From the NCBI GenBank assembly GCA_964016885.1, contig OZ024741.1, forward strand, positions 357,988,001-358,052,000: a stretch of 64,000 nt of DNA, written 5' to 3'. Of this stretch, positions 32,401 through 44,600 are shown one piece after another. The notes under the pieces were generated by a model that had not been told where the DNA came from, made no database searches, and saw nothing but the letters and a program-made list of their open reading frames with translations. This stretch comes from Eledone cirrhosa (lineage: Eukaryota). Each line of letters starts with the position of its first letter. The stretch's first letter is position 1. The translations under genes and the position numbers were made by a program.

Positions 32401-35400
32401 GTTTACTCAGCTGTAGAAATGAGATGATAGGACTGGGTTCCCTATCATTCCACTACAAAGTGGTCGTGGAGGTGCCACGCCAAAAAAGCACCCAGCACTC
32501 ACTGTAAATGAAGATGGTGTTAGGAAGGGCATCCAGCTGTAGAAATCAAGCCAGAATCAGTTCCCATATGAGCAAGACAAGGTCAGCCGACCGGACACTG
32601 CTCACAACAGGACAACCCATCTAACCTATGATAGCGTGGAAGAACGGACGTAAAAACGGTGATGATGATGATAATGATGAAGTGAAATACCATCAGAACA
32701 TGTTTTGGATTAGCAGTATTACACTACAAAGTACAACAATATTAATTATAGCTAATTTATTAAATAAATAGAGTATTTAATTTCAGTAATTTTATTTGAG
32801 TGATTGAAAAATGTAGTAGTAAATATCTTACTTGTACGATAGTTTTTGGATGTAGGCAGGTGCAAATAATTTTATAAGTAATGACGGGATAACATCAGCA
32901 AGCAGAATAGCCTATATTGGTAAAGAAATATATCACTATTAAGATACCGGGAATGAATAAAAATTAATTTCATCTTAGCTCTTTTCAAGTCTGTGCCTGC
33001 CAGAACTATGTATACTATGATTCTGATTATTAAAATGATGCTTATACTAGTGATAGAACATATACTATATAGCTATTCTAACTGTTGAGATAACATATAC
33101 TATATAGAACTATTGTTTTGTCAACATAAACTATATATAACTATTGTTTTGTCAATATATACTATATACAACTATTCTTTCTCAACATATTTTGCTATTC
33201 TCAACAATATTTTGCTATTCTAACTGTTGTGTTAATATGAAGGAGTTTCTAACAGTTACTCAACTTGCTAGAAATAGCAGCAGAATCTTAAATCACTCAC
33301 TGTTGTCTTTAGAAAATAAAAAGAAGAATTTATTTATAATAGAGTCCTAGATACATTCTGTATGAAGAAAAGCTGGTATGATCATAGCTAGAACACCTTT
33401 CATCATAGTTGCTTCATCAAGTCTGACCAGGGGTTAAACAACAGCAACAACTATTCTAACTGTTAATACTTATAAATTTTGAAAGCAACTTGCATGAACT
33501 TCCTACAATACAATACTATGTTTATTTTTATCTAAAAAATCTTTCATGATAATTTTATGTAAGAATTTTGTTAAATCATGCTCCAAACACCAGCTTAATA
33601 ATGAGAAAAAGTTAGTTATATTATTGACTACCTAAAAATTATTTACTATTTTCAAAATGTGGCTTTGAATAGAAATATGGTAATGAAAGGGTTAATGTCA
33701 TTTTTCTAGGGAGGGGGAAGGGGGCATGAGTGTGTGACATATAAGTGGAACTGGTTTTATATTTATCTAACCCTTTTGATACAAAACTGCCTTTAATCTA
33801 GAATTCTTTCTGTAAAGTGGTAGAGCTGATTCCACAATAAAATACGCCCAGTACACTCTGTAAAGAGGTTGTGCTGGTGCCATGATAAAATGCACCCAGT
33901 ACATTCTGTAAAATAGCAGTGCTGATGCCACGATAAAATGCTCCCAGTACATTCTGTAAGTGGTAGTGTTGGTGCTACAGTAAAATGCACCCAATACGCC
34001 TTGTTAAGTGATAGTGCTGGTACAACAGTAAAATACACTCAGTACCTGCATGCGACCTGCCTAGTTGCAGACAACCCATCCAATCCATGCCAGCATGGAA
34101 AAAGGTTGTAAAATCATAATGATTATAATGATGATGATTTTATTAAGTTATATCCCAAACACTAGCCTAATCCTTTTAATACCAACCTGCTTGAAACTGC
34201 CCCTGATTCTAAGATACAAAACTGTTCATTTTTAAACCTTTCTTCATAATTCATATGAGAACCTCTGTTGTTTCAAGCACCAGTTTAATAGTTTATTAAA
34301 TCCCTCCAAATTTCTGATTATTTAAAACATTTTACACTGTTTTTTTTATTAGAAATGTGGTAACAAATGAGTTATTAACCAACAAATGACAAGGTTAGTT
34401 ATTTTAGTTATATTAGGCGTAACTCCTTCAAGAGTGTGTATCATTTTAAACAATTAACTGAAACTGTGTAATTGGTAGGAATGTTGGCAGAAAAGAGTTA
34501 AACTGAAGAAAACTAAGATAAATTTCTTTCTCAAAAGTGCAGCCTAAAAGCTGTACATTCTGATGTGTGCAATTTAGTACCTTAATCTTATGACTGCTAT
34601 GATTCAGTCATTCCTTATGGTTATTACCATTATTATCATTATCATCATCATTATAATTTTTGAGGCACTACCTTGGATTACTATTATTTTTTTTTTCTCT
34701 TTGTTCAGCATTTTATTGTCTCCCCCTCTGATATTTGGATTGCTATATATTAACCCTTTAACATTTACATTACTCTATATTTACTATTATATTTTCACAG
34801 TAAAAGCTTTACTTCACATAATTATCTCCCATAATATCGAATCTATGAGATTTTTATATTTATTTTGAGAACAATTCCTTAACATCAATATGAGTGGCTG
34901 GTTACAGCTAGTTTGAACAGAAAGAGGTGAGAGAATTCTGGCCGGATATGGTTGGCTTAAATGCTAAAGGGTTAAGCTGTCTCCCATATCTTTAGGTATC
35001 TACCATCTTTTGTATGGTACTTGCTGTGTTAAGCATACAAGCCTTCAGAAGAATCAGGAAATTATAACAATATCCAACATCTTCAACCATTATTATTATC
35101 GTTGGATTGGCAGTATCGGTAGAGGGTCGGACGCCATGCTTTGCAGCAAAGAGTTACGGCCCTTTATGGTTTGAGTTCAAATCCCGCCGAGGTTAACTTT
35201 GCCTTTCATCCTTACGGGGTCGATAAAATAAAGTACCAGTAATACACTGGGATAATTGCTGGCCTTGTGCCAAAAGTAGAAACAATTATTATTATCTTTT
35301 TTTTCTCCTAATAGTATAATGACTTTGGATAACCACATAGGACATTAACCAGTAATTGTGATAAAACTTTGAGAAAATAAAGTAACTTACACCAGTTCCA

Positions 35401-35642
35401 ATTTGATTACATATCAGATATTTGGAGGTAGGTTCATCTGTGGTGTTGTCAGAAATGCTAGACTGGAAAATTAAAAAATAAAATATAAAAAAGATAAGAT
35501 TATAAAGTAAAGGTAGTTTTATATCAAAAGGGTTAATAATAATAATAATAATAATGAAATTATTGTGTACAGTGCTCAGGTGCATGTATAGTACATAGAA
35601 TAATGTACAAATGTCAGGAAAATGAACAGTGTATGAGTCATG

Positions 35643-35675
<33 letters not shown>

Positions 35676-38600
35676 AATATTGTGTACAGTGCCCAGGTGC
35701 ACCACAACTCATCAAAAAGTGCATGTACAGTACATAGGGCAATGCAGAAACATCAGTAAAATGAACAGTGCACGAGTCATGATACACACATGTGTGCATG
35801 TGTATGGAAGGGGTATATCAGGTGTAGTTTTGGCGTATTTCGGGAAGCATGAGTGTCTTAAAGGATGCAGTGTCTCAGCAGCTAACAACTGACGCAGGCA
35901 GTTTTTTCCATGCTTCAGCAACTCTGAGCGTGAAAAAATGTCTACGAAAGTCATGGGAGCTGTGCTGTTTTCTGATTTTGTAGGCATGTCCACGTGTGTT
36001 AGACACATGGAGATCAAAAAGCTGCTCAGGGTTGCAATTGGCGAGATGGTTAATAACTTTGTGGGTATTCACCAAGTCCATTGCCAGACGTCGGAGCTTC
36101 AATGAATCCATGCCCAGGGAAGCAAGGCATTCAGAGTATGGTAGGTGTCTGATGGAGGGTATGCGCTTGGTTGCACGTCTCTGAACAGTTTCCAGGAGGT
36201 CAATGTTCTGAGCAAGATAGGGGTTCCAGACTGATGATGCGAATTCCAAGTGTGGTCGTACCATAGCTGTATACAGTTTTAAATAGATGGCTGGAGAGCG
36301 GCTAACAAAGGTCTTGCTGAGTGATGCCAAGACACCCTCGGCCTTCTTGACAATCTTAGAGACATGCTTTGTCCAACGCAAATCGCTGCTGACAGTAATG
36401 CCCAGGTCACGTTCACAAGAGGACTTCTTGATATCAGTGTTGTGGAGGGAGTATGTGGACGCTGGAATTTTCCTTCCAAAATGCATAGTGGTACACTTGT
36501 CCACAGCCAGCTTCAGTTGCCAGTCTGTGATCCATTGCTGCATTGTGTCCAGGTCTGATTGTAGGAAAGAGTTGTAAATTTCAGGATCAGTCCTGTTGAT
36601 TTCAAGGTACAGCTTGATGTCATCTGCATATTTCAGTACCGTGGCATTCTGTAAGTTGGCATCTATGTCATTAATATATGCCACAAACAAAAGGGGACCA
36701 AGAACAGATCCCTGTGGTACACCAGATGACATCTCATATGGTGAAGAATGCTGTCCTAGAACCGTGACTACTTCTTTTCGGCTGAGAATGAAGGATTTCA
36801 ACCAGTCGAAAAGATCATCCCTCACACCCATTGCAGAGAGTTTTGCCATAAGTCTTTTGTGTGGCACAGAATTAAAAGCCTTAGCAAAGTCAAGGTAAAC
36901 AACATCCACCCATGAGCCGCTGTCAGTGATCCAAGTAATGTCTTCAAGGAACTTGATAAGCTGATCACAGCAGCTGGAGTTAGGGATAAATCCAAACTGT
37001 GAGGGCCGGATGAGGCTGTGAGAGCTCCAGAAGTTCCAAAGTGTTTCTCTGATACAGGATTCCATCAGTTTGGCCATACAGCTAGTAAGACTGACTGGAC
37101 GATAGTTGACAGGTGACATGCGGTTGCCCTTTTTGAACAGGGGAATGACACTGGCAGTTTTCCACTACTCCGGAGTAGCACCATTGTTGAGACAGTATTG
37201 AAAGAAGAAAGAAAGCTGGCGCAAAAGGAAATACCCGCCACGTTTGAGAAGCAGGTATGTCACACCATCAAGACCAGGGGAGGCATAGTTGCGCTTATTC
37301 TTAAGGTGACGTCGTAACATTGCAGGTGTAAATTCCATAGTTGTTATGGAATTTGATGTTAGAGATGGTGGAGATGGTACATTCTGGTTTTCAACAGTAA
37401 AAATACTTGCATAGCACTCAGCAATGAGTTCTGCGCATTCTTTGGGATCGTCAGTGATCTGGCTTGTGTGGGGATTGCGAAGAGGACCAACTGGAGAGTG
37501 AGGTCTCTGCTTTGAATGAACATATTTCCAGAACACCTTACTGTCAGGATTGGTTGCGATGCACTGTTCAAATTCAAGCACTGCCTTCTTTGTCACTTGC
37601 TTGAGATGGTTAGAAGATTTATTCCGCTTTTTTCTGTTGGCATCTGATTTATGCAGTTTTTATTCCCGTTCAGCGTTCCGACGTTCTTTCCTGGCAAGTC
37701 GGACCGCTGAGGTTTCCCAAAAGTGCAATTTGGGAAACCTCAGCGGTCCGACTCAGAGGTTCCTCAGTAGTACAACTGATAACCACTTCAGGAGTAGTGG
37801 TGAAGATCAGGTCCAAAGTGTTGTCACCTCTTGTTGGAGAGGTGACTACTTGTGACCAGTTTGAGTCCAGCACTAGTTCAAGGAAATCGTTTGCACCTTG
37901 TGGCCAACGAAAGGTTTCCCAATCGATCTCATGATGATTGAAGTCACCTGCAATAAACACATAAGTGGCTGTTTTCTTGGCAGCAACTTTGAGGATATCG
38001 CAAAGCTGTGTGTCCTGATGGTAGTTGGGGGGGCGATAAACAACACCAAGCAGAAGTGTTGACATGGTCATACGTATGTCACAGAAAAATACTTCTTCCT
38101 GTGATTCGTTCAAATCAACGCAAGGAATTACCGAAAAGTTTGAACGAACGTAGACCATCACACCACCACCACGGCGGTTAATGCGGTCCTTGCGGAAAAG
38201 GTTGTACCCAGTAATGCTGAAAGCCCCATCACAGAGTAAGGAATGTGCCCATGTTTCTGTGACTGATGAAGTCAGGGTCGATACTTCTGACGTAGGATTC
38301 AAACAGATGTATCTTGTTGCATAAACTGCGAGCATTTAACAACAACAATTTGTACCCTGCTCGCAGTTTATGATGGTGTGTAGAGGGTGGCAGGTTGTTC
38401 TGGTTTAGTTTCCCAGAGTTGTAGCAGTTTTTACATTGCCAGTTATTGTGGGTAGATCACACTCAGACCAGCTGGTATCTCTCTTCCACGTTTCACCAGC
38501 CTTGACAAACCTCCAGATCTGCCCATCATCACGCAGACTAAAACTTTCATGTTGTGCTGAGTTCCGATTCAAGGAAGCTGCAGCACGGAGCTTTGGACGT

Positions 38601-41600
38601 ACATGGGGTGGTAGGCCTGGGCGTGTTCGGAAGGTAATCCGATCTTCACGCCCAGCTTTAACAGAGGCCAGATGGTATGAGGTTGCCTCAGCGGGGTCGG
38701 AAAAAGACAGCCTGATGAGTCTGGGTTTTGGACCAGGTTGACCAAGGCGGAGAGCACCCTTTGGAGGAACACAGCCTAGGTCTTTGGCTGAGCTGGCAGC
38801 AAATGCCTGAAGATCAGCCTTGTCCTCTGGTACCCCAATGGCAATCACTTCATGGGTAGCAGATTCCGCAGTCCTTTCAGTGTGGCCAGATACGGCAAGA
38901 GGTACAGGGAGATTCTTTAGCAAGGCATTCCGATAAGACCCCTCATTGTGGGGTTCTACCCGAATGCTTGCCTTTATTCCTGTTACTTCCCTTCTTAAAG
39001 CAGAAATCATTAGTTGCAATTCTGCAAAATCTGTACTGGTCGGTTGTTGTTGTTGTTGCTGTTGCTGTTGTTGTTGTTGTTGTTGTTGTTGTTGGTGATG
39101 ATGATGTTCCTCCACGGGAATGGTAGGGGAAGACACAGTCGCAGGTTGTTGGTGTCGAGATGTACTGGGAGCGGAAGACATGGGTTGTTGTTGTTTCTGA
39201 TGTTCTCCCATAGGAATAGCAGTAGAAGCCAGTGTCATAGGTTTTTAACTAAATATAAAACTGGTTCCACTTTCTATGTCACAGTTGAGTCCTTAACAAC
39301 TGTAGAGAAAAATTACACCTAATTTCCATAAATATAAACCTGTAGTTTTAACACTTTCATTACTATATTTCTAATGAAAGACACTACTTATTATTTTCAA
39401 ATCATTTTGAAAATAATGAAAAATTTTGAGGAATTTAGTAATATGACAAGCTTTCTCATTGGTTCAACCCACGCCAGCATGGAAAGTAGACATAAAAACA
39501 TGATAATCGTTTATTTACCTGATAAAATTGCATTTAGAGATACATAATATATCATCATCATTATTTAATATGTTTTTCCATACAAGCATGGGCTGGATAG
39601 GCTGTCACAGACTAAGTCAGTACTTAATTAGAGCTACTGTCATCTAAGACAGGCCAGGGGTCATGTCTTACATACACTCTAGTTTTTGCATCTACATCTA
39701 GATGCCTTTCCTATCACCAACCATTTTACAGACTATACTGGGTGGATTTTATCATAGCACCAGCACAGGGGAGGTTGTCTTCTTGACACAATTGAAGATT
39801 CCTCTTAACCCCTTGTTTACCATGATTTGCGTAGCTGGATAACCTTCCTAACATATATAACAAAAGTTATATTGTAAGTATCAAGTTTTTAAATAATTAT
39901 AAATCTTATTAAAATAAATAGTTTCATAACATAGATTCAGGTGCTTTGCTATCAAAAGGGTTAAATATATAAATAAGTTATACTAACATTATTTTGGAAT
40001 GAGGTAGATATGTTTTCCCCTTTATTTTCCTCTTCTTTGAGAATATCATCAGCAGCACTTAACATTATTACATAGGCAAAATTATTGCACAACCCAAACA
40101 TCCTGACAAGAAATAAATATGAAATTACATACAGACAATTGACAGAGAAATAATGTAAAGTTAATAAATGGATGAGATAGCAGTAGAAATGAAATCATCT
40201 TCAGAGAGATTACTGTTTTATTTGTATCATATTAATGGTTTCTAATTTAGGCACAAGGTCAACAATGTTTTGGGAGAGGAAAGTAGATTATATCTATCTT
40301 AGTATTTTACTGGTATTGACTTTGCAAGGATGAAAGGAAAAGCATCATACACTCTACTCTTCAGTCAGAGAGAGACACTCTTTATTGCTGGTAGAGGTAA
40401 TAGATTCCTGAACATCTTTCAACTGGTTTTTACTCTAGCTACTATACTTTTAGACACCTCTGCCCTCACTAATTAGGTCATCCAGGCAACAAAAGATGTT
40501 AACTACTTCTAGGGAGCTGTTGGAGTATTTAAGAAAATCTATTTCTCGTGTGCACTTAATGCTTACTGCTCCTGTGAACCTGCTGCAAACAAAGTTTTGT
40601 TAGCTTACTTGTGATCCCACTACATCTCTTGTACATCCATAATTTACACTGGGTATACAGTATGGAATTCCTCCTATTCCTTTTCTGCATACTGAGCACA
40701 GTCATTTTCCTGCCTTCTTTCCTACTTACTCAAATTTTAGTTCTTGCAAAGTATACTTTGAGGCTTTTCAAATCTAGGCTTGATATATATTTATATATAT
40801 GTCAAAAGAAGCAGATATATGTATTTATAGAGAGAAAGAACCATATATCCAGAGATGACACAGTATATTGTACATATACTAAATCCTATTACAGAGAAGA
40901 ACATGTATTCAAGATGGAATCAAGAGACCTTATGGCGCCATTTCGTAAACTGTGATTTAAAATTGATCTATGTGAACGGATATCGATCACAAACTATCGA
41001 TTAAGATTAAACCACAGCAGACTCAGAAAACTCGTCAGAGCTATAGTCTTTAGCATTCTAATGGAAAAATAGAAGCAAAAAAAGTAGTATATAGAGCAAT
41101 ATACATGCAGATATCTGGAGTTTAAATCACAGTTTACAGTTAACGAAATGGTGCCATAAGGTCTCTTTTGATTCCATCTTGAATATATGTTCTTCTCTGT
41201 AATATGTATTTAATATATGTACAATATACTGTGTCTTCTCTGGATATATGGTTCTTTCTCTCTCTATATATACATATATCTTCTACTTTTGACTTAATAT
41301 TGCTCTGGATATTGTGTATTGAGCTAATTTATTGAGAAGTACATAATTCTAACATATTTAATATATTGCATTTGTATATATATAGTATATTTGTCAAATC
41401 TTATTAATGGTCACACTGCTCGCTTTCCTGTGAAATGTAATGTAAAATGCCATTTCTTTTCTTGTCTCTCCATCTTCCCGGTCCATCTCAATGCTATTCT
41501 ATAATTCTGTCTGGTTGTTCTAAATATTATTCGCTTATTACTGTTATATGCTTGTCCAATTATGCCCAAAACTCGAGGATTTTATTTAAACCTTCTCGTT

Positions 41601-44600
41601 TGTTTTTCTAAAACAACAATCTCGTTTGTTTAATTTTGGCCGAAAATTCTAGGGTTTATAAAATGGCCTCCTTGCCTCTCCTAATCTTTACTACCCCCCC
41701 CACCCCTATATCGTATACGCACCTGCTGGTTCCCCCCCTCTCTCAATCACTCCCTTCTCTCACCAAATATAAAATAAACCTGTTATGAGGTACGAATCTC
41801 AGAATTTGTCAAATCTTATTAATGGTCACACTGCTCGCTTTCCTGTGAAATGTAATGTAAAATGCCATTTCTTTTCTTGTCTCTCCATCTTCCCGGTCCA
41901 TCTCAATGCTATTCTATAATTCTGTCTGGTTGTTCTAAATATTATTCGCTCATTACTGTTATATGCTTGTCCAATTATGCCCAAAACTCGAGGATTTTAT
42001 TTAAACCTTCTTGCTAACTACCCCATACCCGCCCCCACTCGCCACCATTATTATTTTGACCAATCATAAGTCAGCAACCTATGCTATCACTTCTTCTGGT
42101 TGCCTTTCGATATGATGGATGGACTAGGGAATTCTGGAGTCTGAAAAATCTGGACACTCAGTGACAATGCCAAAGATAAAGACAAATTCACCCCATGCTG
42201 CTGGACGAAAAGGCAAGGACTCCCCCTCTTTGTTTCGGCCGCGAATGGCCCACATAACCCCAACCCCCTCCCCACCGTTCCCACCCACCAAACGCAATCC
42301 AAAACTTCAGAGTTGGTACCTTAAAAGGTCGCTCTAACGAGGTTGTAGAAATGCTTGAACGTAAGGAGGTTGATGTTTGCTGTATCCAAGAGACCGGGTG
42401 GAGGGGTGGGTCTGCTAGATTCATTGTGGGTAAAAAACGATGCTATAAGCTTTTCTGGGTGGGAAATGACAATGGGCTGGGTGGGGTAGGAATCATGTTA
42501 GAAGAAAATGGGTAGATAAGATAATAGACGTAAATAGAGTGAACGACAGAATAACTAAAATAAGACTTGTCCTAAATAGAACTACTGTGACAGTAATATC
42601 GGTGTACGCACCCCAATCCGGACTGCCTGGCACTATAAAAGACAGATTCTATGAGACATTGATGCTCACTACCTCCCAAATAACCGACAGTGACTACATA
42701 ATTATTGCTGGCAACCTAAATGGTCACGTTGGACAACATTCTGATGGCTATGACGGAATCCATGGAGGCTATGGGTTTCGTACTAGAAATGAGGAAGGCT
42801 CCAGAATCCTGGAATTCTGTGACGCAAATAACTTAACTGTGTGTAACACTAACTTCAAAAAACGAGACAATCACTTGATCACCTATAGATCAGGGGAACA
42901 CGCCAGTCAGCTAGATTATATACTTACCAGAAGACGTGATAGAGTGTCTGTTGTAAACACTAAATCCCTCCCCCATGAAGAATGCACCTCCCAACATAGA
43001 CTCATAGTCAGCAACCTCGTAGTCAGGACAAGACGTACTCGACAACAGAGGAGGACTATCCTCAGGAGAAAAATATGGAAGCTAAAGGACCCCACAGCCA
43101 GTAATAAATTTAAAAGCATATTACTTGATACTTTTGACAGTAAGGAAGAGCAATTAGAGTCGTACAATATAGAGGAACAGTGGGAATTCCTGAAAGCTAA
43201 CCTGCTGAAGGCGGCAGATGATGTCTGTGGCTGGAGCAGGCCTATAGGCAGGAGGAGAGTAATGTGGTGGTGGAACAGTAAGGTGGAGGAGTCAATTAAG
43301 GCCAAAAAGCAGGCTTGGAAAGTATGGCGGGATGGGGGAAGTAGAGAAGACTATCAAGTGGCCAGGAGGGAAGCTAGGAGACAAGTGTACTTCGCAAGAA
43401 GGGAATCAGAGGAAAGAAAGTTCAAGCATGTTCTACAACGCGAGGACCAAAAACGTGAGGTGTTCAGGATTGCTAGGCAATGTGTCAAGGAAAACCGTGA
43501 TATTGTCGGGGAGAAGTGTGTCCTTAATGATGATGGTGTACTTGCCATCCCTGACGCTGATAAGAAGGTAGCTTGGAAGTGTCAATACGAAAGGCTACTA
43601 AATGAGGAGAATAATTGGGAGAAAGACAGTCTCCCCCACATCGATCCAATAGAGGGACCAACAGTGCTAGTTGAAGGTAGTATAATAAGTAAGGCAATCA
43701 AAGATATGAAGACGGGTAAGGTGGCTGGGCCTTCGGAAATAGTTGCTGAAATGCTGAAAGCATCTGGAACAGTAGGACACACTATGGTCACCCGGATAGT
43801 AAACCAAGTCATACAGAATGGGGTTGTTCCGAAGGACTGGCATAGCACCATCATCATTAACTGCTACAAGGGTAAAGGAGATGCCCTAGATAGGGGTAAC
43901 TATATAGGCATTAAATTAATCGACCAGGTCTTGAAGGTTACAGAAAAAGTAATAGCGCAACTAATCAGAGAGAGAATTGATCTAGATGAAATGCAGTTCG
44001 GGTTTGTGCCAGGTAAAAGTACCACAGACGCTCTTTTCATTGTACGACAACTACAGGAGAAGTACCTAGCTAAAAGTAAACCCCTATACTTAGCTTTTGT
44101 TGACTTGGAGAAAGCCTTTGACAGAGTCCCCTGCTCCATTATCTGGTGGGCTCTTAGAAAACTAGGTGTTGATGAATGGCTTGTGAGAGCTATACAAGCC
44201 ATGTATAAAGAAACAGTCAGCAAGGTTAGAATTAACAACGAATATGGTGAAGAGTTTAGCGTAAAAGTTGGTGTTCATCAGGGCTCCGTCTTTAGCCCCC
44301 TCCTATTTATTATTGCCCTTCAGGCTATAATAGAGGAGTTCAAGACCGGCTACCCATGGGAACTCCAATACGCAGATGATCTAACGCTCATAGCTGAATC
44401 AATGGCCGAACTAGAGAAGAAATTCCAAACATGGAAGCATGGCCTAGAATCAAAAGGCCTTAAAATTAACCTGTTCTAGTTTGTAGGAAGGAAAATAGGG
44501 CACCAGTCCCATCTGGGAAATGGCCATGCTCAGTGTGTAGGAAAGGAGTAGGCAGAAACTCCATTTTATGTCCCAAATGCAAAGTATGGGTGCATAAAAG

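Noticed and set aside
33800-34050. Regularly spaced repeats resembling a CRISPR array
   Set aside because: Contiguous degenerate tandem units without unique spacers, eukaryotic context, no cas genes.
34590-34868. Hydrophobic membrane-like ORF
   Set aside because: Made of (ATC/ATT)n microsatellite plus MITE sequence.
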